Below are positions 34,783 through 44,200 of a DNA stretch of 64,000 bases, in pieces. Position numbers and translations under genes: made by a program. Below the pieces are notes generated by a model. It was not told where the DNA came from, made no database searches, and was given only the letters and a program-made list of their open reading frames with translations. The stretch is from positions 25,557 to 89,556 of the IMG/VR virus record IMGVR_UViG_3300037471_001473. One strand, given 5' to 3'. The number at the start of each line of letters is the position of its first letter. Within the stretch, counting starts at the first letter, position 1. The DNA comes from a virus. Taxonomy: Duplodnaviria > Caudoviricetes.

Positions 34783-37700
34783 TCAGTACCCTCGTGCAGT
34801 CCAGGAGCCAGAGCCAGTGACCTTGGCTCCAGCGCTGTTGTAGTGCCAGACCGTGAACGTGGTCGGGTTGGGCAGGTCCGCGAAGCTAACGGCCTCGAAG
34901 ATCGGCGTGGTGCTGTTCGCCTGGCAGGACGGCGTGTCAGCGTCGATGAAGGGGACGTTGAACGTGACCGTGGCGCCGGCGTTGGCGTCGGTGATAGTGT
35001 AGGTGCCGCTGTCGGTTTTCAGCTTGCTCGACAGCTTCACGTTGAGGCTGTTGATGCTGAGCAGGTCCTTGCCCGTCGAGCCCGTCACAGTGGCCACCAC
35101 GCGCACGTAGCGGAAGTTGGTGGCCAGCACCGAGTAGCTGTTGACCGTGGCAGCGATCCAGGCGTCACCAAGGTTCTGCTTGTAGTAGATCTGCAGCGAC
35201 AGGTTGGGCGTGCCCTGGACCACCGCCGAGCCGATCGTGACCACGATGTTCGTGGCCGGCAGCACGGTGCCGTAGTCGAAGGTCTCGTCGTAGCTGCCAG
35301 AGGACGGCGTCGGGTCCACGTACAGCGGGTAGCCTGCCGACACCTGCGCGTTCGGCGTGCTCCACCCGTTGTTGGTGAAGTGCTGCGCGAACGTCTCGGC
35401 GACGTTGACTGGCAGCAGCAGGCGCCCGTTGTCGATCAGCGCGTTGGTCTTGGTGCCGGCGAACGCCGAGTCGATGCTGGTGCGCAGCACGTAGTCGGGC
35501 GGCTGCGACACCGTGGCGGTGATCGCCTTGGACGAGCCCACGTTGCCCGCGGTGTCGATCGCTGCCACCCAGTAGCTGTAGGTGCCCGACTGCTGCTCGA
35601 ACACGCCGCAGAACGTGCTGTTGCCGTTGGAACCCACCACGGCGCCGCCGGCGTAACTCGCGCCCTTGCGCACCTCGTAGCGATCGACCGGCAGGCTGCC
35701 GGTGGCCGGCGGCTGCCAGTACAGCAGCACGTTGTTGTCCACCACCTCCGAGCGCGGCGCCGTGATGTCGCCGGGCGCGTTGATGTTCACGGTCAAGGAG
35801 CCGGCCGCGCCCGCGTTGTCGAGCACGTCGTAGGCTGTGACCCAGTACGTGCGGCCGCCGACGTAATCCACCTTGCGACGCAGGCTGGTCGCTTTGGTCG
35901 TGTCGACGTAGACGGAAGCGGCGAAGGTCGCGCCCACGCGGATCTCGTAGCGGTCGATCTTGAAGACCGAGCTCGGGATGGCCCACGAGATGATCTCGTC
36001 GGAGCCCACCAGGGTCCACTGCGGGGACGGCGCGGCCGCGGCGTTCACCGTGACCGACAGGGACGTGGCGGTGGTGCTGAGGTTGCCGCTGGTGTCGATC
36101 GCCTTGATCAGGTAGTTGTGCGTGCCAGCGGTGACCGCGCCCAGCGTCTTCGACGTGGCGTTCAGCCGGTCCACCTTGGTCGCGGTCTCCCACACCGTGC
36201 CCTCGCGGATCTCGTAGGCGTCGATGTAGTCGGCCACCGGGTTCCAGGTCAAGGTCAGGCCGTTGGCCACGTTCAGCTGGTACGCAAAGCCTGTGACGTT
36301 GGCCGGCGGCGTGGAGTCGATGCCGGTGATCGTGATCGAGTAGGTGGCGTCAGGGCCGGGAGCGCCCAGCACATTGATGGCGTTGACCGTGACCGTGTAG
36401 TTGCCCACGGTCAGGTTCTGCAGCGTCGCGCTGATCTCGGCGGTCTCGGTGAGCGTCTGCGACACCAGCGTGGCGTTGTTGGTCACCTTCACGCGGTAGC
36501 CGCGCACCATGATGTCGGTGGCCTTGTCCCAGCTGATGTCGAGCTCGGTCACGACCGACGAGGTGACCGTCGGCTTATAAGAGCTCTCGACAGCCTTCAG
36601 GTTGGCCACCTTCGGCACGGCGCCGTAGCTGAGGAACGAGTAGTCCTCGACGTGCAGCGGCAGGCCCTGCTCGATCGCGTCGTACTTACTGGGCTCGTGT
36701 TGCAGGACAGTGATCTCGTAGACGCCCTTGCTGGGCTTCACCGAGACCACGCGAACGGTCATCGGAGAAACCGTGGCGGACGAGAGCACCCACACGGCCA
36801 TGACCGCCGGCGCCGTGGTCCACGACGCGGCCATGTTCAGGACGGTGTAGTCGCCGGCCGTGACGATGTTGACCGAGCGGCTGTCGACCGTGCCGTCCTT
36901 CTGCATGATGGACAGCGTGTAGACGCCGGGTGTCAGCGTGACCGGTGCGTCCAGGGTGACCTGGCTCGTCGTGGCCGAGATCACCCGGCCACCCCAGCGC
37001 GCGCCGAAGCGGTTGCGGTCGAGGATCTGGCCCACGTCGCCGGGCTTGACGTTCGCGCTGTCGAGGCCGGCCTTGAACGTGATGGCATCGGTCTCCAGGC
37101 GCTCGGTGTAGAGCATCCACAGACCGACGCGACGCGCCTGGCCGCGCGAGGTCGTGCCGAAGGCCACCGTCTCGGTCTGGCGCAAGCCGTAGCGCTTGAT
37201 GCCCTCGGCGTCCTTGACGTACTCGAACTTCTGCTTGAACGACTCGTCGGGGTCGTTCCAGCCGACCGTGATGGCGGTGTGGCGCTGCGCCAGGGACGAG
37301 CCCTGGTAGTTGAACTGGCCGTCGATGACGTTGGCGTTATTCCACAGCATCGACACCGGCGTGGGCCGGTCCTGCGACAGAACGATCTGGCCGCCGCTCC
37401 AGTAGGCCATGCCGCGGAAGACGCTGGTCAGGTTGCTGATGACCTTGTAGGCGTCGTCGACGGTGTTGAGCACCACGTTGAGCGTGAAGCGAGGCTCGTA
37501 GGGGCCGGTGTAGCGCGGCATCGCCGGGCTGATCGAACCGTTCTTGCTGACGCCGCCCGTCAGCGAGATGCCGATCAGGTTGTTGGCCAAGCCGCTGGGC
37601 ACCATCTCGTCGCAATACTTCGCGATCTGGTAGAGCTCCCACTTCGAGGGCACCGCGGCACCATTGATGCGGCGGCCGAGGCCGTAGCGCGCATTGGTCA

Positions 37701-38577
37701 CCAGGTCGTAGAAGCACCAGGCGGGGTTGTTCGACCAGGCCCACTTGAAGGTGCCATCCCACGTGCCGGTGTACGTCCGATGGATCGGGTCGTAGTTCGT
37801 GGGGACCTGGATGATCAGGCCCTTCACGTGGTAGGCACGCTCGGGCACGTTGCTGAAGTAACGCGCGTCGATGCCGATGCCCACGAGCGCGCTGTACGGG
37901 TAGGTGTACTGCTCGTAGTTGATGATCGAGTAGCTGTCCCAGTACAAGCCGTCGACCACCAGAGAGCTCGTCGCCTCGACCTTCACGCGCTCGACCGCGA
38001 CCTCGTAGGGACCTGCCCCCAGGTCCTTCAGCGGCACCTCGTGCGAGCGCTGGTAGCGGCTCGTCGTCTTGCCCTGGATGTTGCCGTCGACGACCTTCAC
38101 CCAGCTGCCCCCCACCACGCGCACGGAGATCGTGTAGGTGACGTAGCTGCCGTTGATCTTCCCTTCGCTGGTCGTCTCGGTCAGACCGTTGACCGACACG
38201 GTGACGCGCACGCTGTCAGCGGTGGCGTCGGGAATGCTGCGGATCAACTTCCCCTGGGGCTGCAGAACGCGCAGAGACACCGCCACCTCTTGCGCGGAGC
38301 CAGCGAAGCCGGGCAACACGTTCTGGGTGGGGTAGCCGTTGACGGCCGTCCACTGGAACGGCTTGTAGTTGGCCGTGCCGCTCAGGTCGCGCAGCGGCAC
38401 ACCGTCCAGGTAGATCGAGAACTCGCCGTTGACCAGACCCCCCATGGGGCCCTCGCCGATCAGGTCGACCATGCGCGCGGTAGCAACCGACTGCAGGGTG
38501 TCCGGGGACTCGCTGATGCCGCCTCCACCAGCCCCGCCTTTGCCGCCGCCACCGGCGCCCGCGATGATCATGTCCAT
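34783..38577 (-). CDS. Central tail-tip / host-specificity protein (lambda gpJ-like)
   Basis: GAGGGGKGG N-term, ESPDTLQS, DLIGEGP, WSNNPAWCFYD, fibronectin-III-like C-terminal repeats; start ATG 38577. Confidence 0.93.
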   Translation of the reverse strand: MDMIIAGAGGGGKGGAGGGGISESPDTLQSVATARMVDLIGEGPMGGLVNGEFSIYLDGVPLRDLSGTANYKPFQWTAVNGYPTQNVLPGFAGSAQEVAVSLRVLQPQGKLIRSIPDATADSVRVTVSVNGLTETTSEGKINGSYVTYTISVRVVGGSWVKVVDGNIQGKTTSRYQRSHEVPLKDLGAGPYEVAVERVKVEATSSLVVDGLYWDSYSIINYEQYTYPYSALVGIGIDARYFSNVPERAYHVKGLIIQVPTNYDPIHRTYTGTWDGTFKWAWSNNPAWCFYDLVTNARYGLGRRINGAAVPSKWELYQIAKYCDEMVPSGLANNLIGISLTGGVSKNGSISPAMPRYTGPYEPRFTLNVVLNTVDDAYKVISNLTSVFRGMAYWSGGQIVLSQDRPTPVSMLWNNANVIDGQFNYQGSSLAQRHTAITVGWNDPDESFKQKFEYVKDAEGIKRYGLRQTETVAFGTTSRGQARRVGLWMLYTERLETDAITFKAGLDSANVKPGDVGQILDRNRFGARWGGRVISATTSQVTLDAPVTLTPGVYTLSIMQKDGTVDSRSVNIVTAGDYTVLNMAASWTTAPAVMAVWVLSSATVSPMTVRVVSVKPSKGVYEITVLQHEPSKYDAIEQGLPLHVEDYSFLSYGAVPKVANLKAVESSYKPTVTSSVVTELDISWDKATDIMVRGYRVKVTNNATLVSQTLTETAEISATLQNLTVGNYTVTVNAINVLGAPGPDATYSITITGIDSTPPANVTGFAYQLNVANGLTLTWNPVADYIDAYEIREGTVWETATKVDRLNATSKTLGAVTAGTHNYLIKAIDTSGNLSTTATSLSVTVNAAAAPSPQWTLVGSDEIISWAIPSSVFKIDRYEIRVGATFAASVYVDTTKATSLRRKVDYVGGRTYWVTAYDVLDNAGAAGSLTVNINAPGDITAPRSEVVDNNVLLYWQPPATGSLPVDRYEVRKGASYAGGAVVGSNGNSTFCGVFEQQSGTYSYWVAAIDTAGNVGSSKAITATVSQPPDYVLRTSIDSAFAGTKTNALIDNGRLLLPVNVAETFAQHFTNNGWSTPNAQVSAGYPLYVDPTPSSGSYDETFDYGTVLPATNIVVTIGSAVVQGTPNLSLQIYYKQNLGDAWIAATVNSYSVLATNFRYVRVVATVTGSTGKDLLSINSLNVKLSSKLKTDSGTYTITDANAGATVTFNVPFIDADTPSCQANSTTPIFEAVSFADLPNPTTFTVWHYNSAGAKVTGSGSWTARGY

Positions 38578-39512
38578 CAGAAGCCCCCCCACGGTTCTTG
38601 CACGTAAGCCGTCACGACGACGGACTGCGACTTGGTGACGTTCACGGTGTCGGTTCGGTTGGGCTGGCGCCCATTGACGGAGCAGGACAGGCTGCCGCTG
38701 AGCACCAGCGGGGCCGCGGGGAAAGAGGCGATGACGATGTCGAGCTCGATGTAGACGGTGGCCGCGTTGGTCCCGGTAACGCGCACAGCCTGCGCACTGC
38801 TGAACCCGCTCACCGTCCACGAGTAGGTCATCGGGTCGGTGATGTTGAACGCACCGACAGAGAACTGCAGCTTTACCGTCGTCAGCTGGCCGGCGATGGG
38901 ATAGACGGCCTGGTCGTAGCTGCCGCCGATGGCGATGTCGGGGCCAAGGCTGCCGGCCGGCGACACCTGGGCGGCGGACAAAGCGGCGCTGATCGTGTAG
39001 CCGGGCGCCAGCACCTCACCGTAGATGACCGGCACGGGTTGACCCTGGTCGACGTTGTTGGTCGCACCGCTCAGCGTCCAGCTGTTTTTACTCTCGGTGA
39101 CGTCCGCCTTCTTCGGCTTGGGTGTCAGCCACTCGACGACTGATCCCAGCATCAAGGAGACGCCCATCGAGACCAGGTACGGGTTGTAGGTGAAGACACC
39201 GACAATGGCCAGGACTGCACCGACAACGAAGCGCACACCGGCGCTCGCGCCTCGGACCAAGGGGATGATGTCGATGCGCTTGACGGAGCCAAGCCGCATG
39301 TCGATGTCATCCTCTGCGTAATCATGGTTCTTCGAGCGCACGCGGAAGACCAGACCTCGGCCGGCGAGTTCCATCACCTTGGCACGGATGCCCGGCATGT
39401 TGGCCTCGATGGCCATGATCGCCTCGCGCGCGCTGTCGATGGCCAGGTGCCAGACCTTGCCGAAGTCGCGCGCGAGCTCGCCGTGCAGGCGGATCTCGAC
39501 GAGTTGACTCAT
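38577..39512 (-). CDS. Tail assembly protein (gpI-like) with C-terminal extension
   Basis: IRLHGELARDFG, IDIIPLVRGA, QGQPVPVIYGE; about 110 extra C-terminal residues. Confidence 0.85.
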   Translation of the reverse strand: MSQLVEIRLHGELARDFGKVWHLAIDSAREAIMAIEANMPGIRAKVMELAGRGLVFRVRSKNHDYAEDDIDMRLGSVKRIDIIPLVRGASAGVRFVVGAVLAIVGVFTYNPYLVSMGVSLMLGSVVEWLTPKPKKADVTESKNSWTLSGATNNVDQGQPVPVIYGEVLAPGYTISAALSAAQVSPAGSLGPDIAIGGSYDQAVYPIAGQLTTVKLQFSVGAFNITDPMTYSWTVSGFSSAQAVRVTGTNAATVYIELDIVIASFPAAPLVLSGSLSCSVNGRQPNRTDTVNVTKSQSVVVTAYVQEPWGGF

Positions 39513-40222
39513 GCTGCGTCTCCCATGCGCGAGCGGTGGCGCAGGTGATGCGTGTGCTTGCGCCACAGACCGTCGTAGGTCTCCCGGTAGGAGAGGCGGC
39601 CTTCGGGGTGGTGCAGGATCACGTTGTCGTCGACATACAGCGCCACGTGAGGCAGCGACGTGCCGAACTGGTAGAGGAAGGCGTCGCCGACCTGCGGCAG
39701 CTGGTCGATCAGACGCACGAAGCCCTGGCCCTCGTACTCGCGCAGGAAGGTGTTCTCGCCGCGCAGCAGCGGCTGGCGGGAGAAGTCGGCCAGCTTCAGA
39801 CCCCACACCTGGTCGTACCAGTCGCGCGCGAGGCTGTAGCAGTCGTGCACGGCCCACACGTAGGGCCGGCGCTCCAGCGGCACCTGGGTGCCGTCGGGCT
39901 CGATGCGGCAGTAGTCGCCGGCCGGCCAGCTGACGATGTGCCAGGGCAGGTTGGTGGCGTTGCACATCGCCCGGTCGGCCAGGCTGGGCGTGGCCGGCGC
40001 GGTGGTGTGCGAGTGGTAGATGCCGATCACGGCCTCGTCCGACCCGACCTCCAACCAAGCATCCGGGTCAAGATCGAAGTGCTGGCGAGGGAAGCGCGCC
40101 AGGTTCTTCGCACGCACGAGTCGGAACTTGCGGTCGCCGGCACGCTGCACCACGAGGCCGCAGCACTCGTTGGGCGCCTCGTCAGCGGCGTGCGCCGAGA
40201 TCATGTCGACGAGGGAGCTCAC
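39509..40222 (-). CDS. Tail-tip protein (gpK-like; JAB + NlpC/P60)
   Basis: PNECCG, YHSH...PSLAD, HDCYSLARDW, HVALY, ILHH. Confidence 0.92.
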   Translation of the reverse strand: MSSLVDMISAHAADEAPNECCGLVVQRAGDRKFRLVRAKNLARFPRQHFDLDPDAWLEVGSDEAVIGIYHSHTTAPATPSLADRAMCNATNLPWHIVSWPAGDYCRIEPDGTQVPLERRPYVWAVHDCYSLARDWYDQVWGLKLADFSRQPLLRGENTFLREYEGQGFVRLIDQLPQVGDAFLYQFGTSLPHVALYVDDNVILHHPEGRLSYRETYDGLWRKHTHHLRHRSRMGDAA

Positions 40223-40920
40223 AGCTTGTAGCTCCTGGCACCAGGGAAGCCGCCGAAGGGCAGCAGGGCGCGCTCGCCGAAACGCTTCTTGCAGCCGGTG
40301 GGCGTCTGGCTGCAGATGTCCTGCGACGCGCTGCTGACGGACTGGTCAAGTGCGTTGAAGTAAGCCGTGCCGGCGTAGCCGCAGCCCTCGCCGCGGTACT
40401 GCCACCAGCAGTAGTCCGCCGTGATCATTCGGTTCGGCAGGCGCTGATCCTGCAGGTCCATGGCCGAGGCGAGCTCGAACTCGACAATGACCTTGTTCTC
40501 CTGGATCTTCCGCTCGACGTAGAAGACATCATCCGGCAGGAACTGGCCGGGGTCGGCCGTGGCATTCACGCCGCCGGGGAAGTTCACTGCGTCGAGGTAC
40601 TGCGAGAAGGTCTGGCGCCTCGTCACCCTGGCCCCCACCAGGTCGTTCCACTGCATGACGACGGCCGAGATAGCCCCCAGGGCGTTGGCCACGCGAACGC
40701 GAGGGCGCGGCAACGCGCCCTTGACCGTCTTGTCGAAGCCTTCGGCCTCGATGGGCCACGGGTTGTAGGTGATGCCCTGCCACACGACAGGGCCGTTCAG
40801 CTTGTTCGTGCCCGCGTGAAAGTAAAAGTGATCGGTCCCGCCGATCACCGTGGTGTCGATCTCAAAGAGTTCGACGAGTGCGTCAGTCGCCAGCTGCTGG
40901 ATCAGTTCGGAGATGTTCAC
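40219..40920 (-). CDS. Minor tail protein (gpL-like)
   Basis: VWQGITYNPWPIEAEGF, PRPRVRVAN, C-terminal Cys cluster CWWQYRGEGC...CSQTPTGCKKRF. Confidence 0.93.
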   Translation of the reverse strand: MNISELIQQLATDALVELFEIDTTVIGGTDHFYFHAGTNKLNGPVVWQGITYNPWPIEAEGFDKTVKGALPRPRVRVANALGAISAVVMQWNDLVGARVTRRQTFSQYLDAVNFPGGVNATADPGQFLPDDVFYVERKIQENKVIVEFELASAMDLQDQRLPNRMITADYCWWQYRGEGCGYAGTAYFNALDQSVSSASQDICSQTPTGCKKRFGERALLPFGGFPGARSYKL

Positions 40921-41255
40921 GGCTCGGGCACCTCCATGAACACGCAGTTGAGCGCGTGGTTGCCGTCCCACTCAGGGATGCGAGACCACTTCTTGCAGAT
41001 GAACTTCGCCGTGCGGTTGCTCGGCGTCGTCCAGTAGAAGGCCTCGGCACCAGCACGCGCGCGCAGGAAGGTCTCGATCGAGTCGATCTCGGTCTTCGTG
41101 CGCAGCGTGAAGGCCAGCGACCACGTCTCCATCATGTTGTTGATGCCGTCGGGCGTGCGCTGGCTGTAGCCGTCCCCGAACTGGGAGGACAAGACCTTCG
41201 GCTCGACGTCCATCGTCGGGGAGCGGTCGGGGGTCGAGATGTTGAAGGTGGCCAT
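40917..41255 (-). CDS. Minor tail protein (gpM-like)
   Basis: QFGDGYSQR..DGINN, FLRARAGAEAFYWT. Confidence 0.92.
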   Translation of the reverse strand: MATFNISTPDRSPTMDVEPKVLSSQFGDGYSQRTPDGINNMMETWSLAFTLRTKTEIDSIETFLRARAGAEAFYWTTPSNRTAKFICKKWSRIPEWDGNHALNCVFMEVPEP

Positions 41256-41258
41256 GGT

Positions 41259-44200
41259 TTACCTCGCGAGGACACCGCCCGGCCGCTGCTGCTCCACGAT
41301 CACCTCGATCACGCGATCCTTGATCATGCCGCCCAGCGCACGTGCCTGTTCTCCAGAAGCGTCAGATTCTACGGTCGACTTCCCGTTGCCGTCGACGTGG
41401 ACGGTGACGTTGGCCATGATGGTCGTGCCACCGCCGCCGGCACCCTGCAGATCCACCGGGATGCGTCGGCCGTCCGGCAGCGGGACGTAGGCCTCGGAGC
41501 GCGAGCCCTCGCCGTAGATGGCCATCTGCGGCGTGCGCGCGATACCCCCGTTGGCGTACTTGCGCAGGCGCATCGGGCCGGCGCCCGTCATCACGTGCCC
41601 CCAGGCGGCCATGGTGGACGGGATCGACGCGGTGCCGGCCGATCCGTTCACCGCGGTGCCGCCACCACCAAAGCCACCGGTTGCCGCGCCGACGATGTAA
41701 CCCAGGAACTGAGTCATCGCGCGCGTGGCCAACATGCGAGCCACATCGGACAGGATCGAGGCGACCAGCTGCTTGAAGTGCAGCTTGCCGGTGGTCACGA
41801 AGTTGGCGATGGCATCAGACATCTGACCCGTCGACTTCTTCATGATGTCGTAGACCGCCACGGCATTGGACTCGCCCTGGGAGCGGTACTCCTCCCAGAA
41901 CTTCGACCACCCGTAACTCGCGGTCTGCGCCGCCTCGTAGTGCTGACGCGCCGTGCGGCCGGCCACCTCGGCAGCCGAGCTCGCCTGCGCCTTCAACACG
42001 CCCAGACGCATGGTCTCGGTGGCGAGGTTCTGCTCCTCGGCCGTGAGCGCCGCCTTGAGCTCGGCGCTGAACTCGCCGGCGTAGTCGACCTGCATCGCCT
42101 TGATGGCCGCGATGGCGTTCTCGGAGATCTCCACCTTGCGGGTGTGCTCGGCGATAGCGCTGGCGTAGTCCTGCGACACCTTCAGCTGCTCGTTGTAAGC
42201 AGCCGCGGTCGCGGGGTCCATGACCTTCTTGTCGTAGGCCTTGGCCAGATCCTGCAAGCGCTTCTGGTCGGCCTGCGCCAGCTTGTCCTTTTCCTTCTGG
42301 AAATCGTTGGCCTCGACGATGTCCTTGTTCCGCGCCTTGATGACCGAGAGCTCCCTCTCGGAGTCGATGCGACGTTCAAGCAGGGTGAGCGCACTCTGCT
42401 CGCTTTCCAGGCGCGAGCGCAGGTTGGTCCTGTCCGCATCGGTCAGATTCTTGTTGCCGTTCAGCTGCGTGTTGAGCTCGGCGATGACCTTGACGTGGCG
42501 CTGCTTGACGGCCAGCAGATCCTGCTCGGCGCGCTTCTCGTTGGCGCGGGCCGCCACCTCGTTGCCGAACAGCTTCGGGTCGAACGTGGCCTCCAGCAGC
42601 TTGCGGCGGATCTCGGAAGACTGCGCGAACTGGGCATCCTCGTCGCGCAGCCGGCGCATCAGCGCGTTGCTCTCGGCCAGCGCGTCGCGGTGCGCGGCCG
42701 CCTGGGCATGCTTGTCCGGCGGCGTGAACTTGCTCAGCATCGAGTTCAGCTGGTCGGTGCGCGCGCGCAGCATGCCAGAGAACGAGTCGGCGCCGGACGC
42801 CCCGGCTTCCTGCAGGTTGATCTTCAGGAACGAGGCGTTGATGGCCGGGTTCTTGGCCATCACCTCCTCGATGCGCTTGTTGAAGGCCTGGGCCTGCGCC
42901 TCGCGACTGCCGGCCGAGCGCAGCTGCTCGGCCTGCATCTTCCGGTCGGTCTCGGTGCGCGCGGCCAGCGCCACCGCGTCGGCGCGGTCGTAGACGTCCT
43001 GCAGGCGCTTCACCTCGCGCTGCGCGTTTTGCACCGCGGCGTCTTCGGTGGCGATGTTGCCGCCGGCCTGGGCCACCGTCTTACGGCGGGCCTCGGCCTC
43101 GGCCAAGGTGCGCCGCGCGCCTGCGAGCTCGAACGCTGCGCGCGTGGCCGCGGCCATGGAAGTGGCGGCGTCCTTCTGGTCCTTGTTCAGCCGGGCGATG
43201 CGCTCGGCCTCCTCCGCAGTCTTTCCCTCCTGGATCAGCGCGTTGCGGCGCTGCAGGAAGCCGATCTCCTCGTCGAGGGCCGAGATGCTGCGTCGCAGGT
43301 TCTGCTCCTGCAGCACCAGGCTGTCGGCGAAGGCCTTCTGCGCGTCGGTCGCGCCGTTGGCGTTCTCGCGCGTCAGCAGGAACTCGGCGGCCAGCGCCAC
43401 CAGCAGGCCGACGCCTCCGGTCAGCGCGCCCAGCGCGGCGCGACCGGCCACGCCCAGGCCGACGGCCGCCGCCTCGGCGCCCAGCATGGCGGTGCGCAGC
43501 GTGTTGAACACGCCCACCAGGCCGCTGAGCATTCGCATGCCCGCCCAGATCGCGACCGTGGCGCCCACTACCTTGCCGTGCTCGACCAGGAAGTTGGTCA
43601 GGGCGGCCACGCCCTGCGTGAGCTCGCTGAGCATCTTCTTGAAGTCGTCCGAGCCGACCCAGATGCGCAGCGTGTCGATGAAGTGCTTGGCGGCGTCGTT
43701 GCCGGTCTCGAAGGCAGACGCGGCCGACAGCTGGAACTCGGTGAACAGCGCCTGGATCTTGCCCTTGGTCGTCTCGCCCAGCGCGGTGTTGATGCTTTCT
43801 CCGAAGCCGCGGGCATCCTGCTGCAAGGTCTGCAGCGTCTGACGGTACTGGTCGTAATCGGCCAGGATGGCGTTGACCGCCTTTGCGCCCCGCTCACCGA
43901 AGATCTCGTTGAGGAAGGTCAAGCGTCCCTGGTCATTGAGCAGGATCGTCTTGTTGCGCAGGGTGTCCAGGACCTCACTGTAGGTCTTCAGCGAGCCGTT
44001 GCCGTTGTAGAGCTCGACGTGCAGCTGCGCCAGCGCTTCCTTGGCCTTCTTGCTCGGCGTGGCGAGCTCGACCATCATGTTGCGGAAGGCCGTACCGGCC
44101 GCGGTGCCGGTGATGTTTCGCTTGGCCATCGTGGCCAGCGAAGCGGCGGTCTCCTCCAGGGTGACGCCGTACTGGTCGCCCACCGTCGAGGCCTGCTTCA

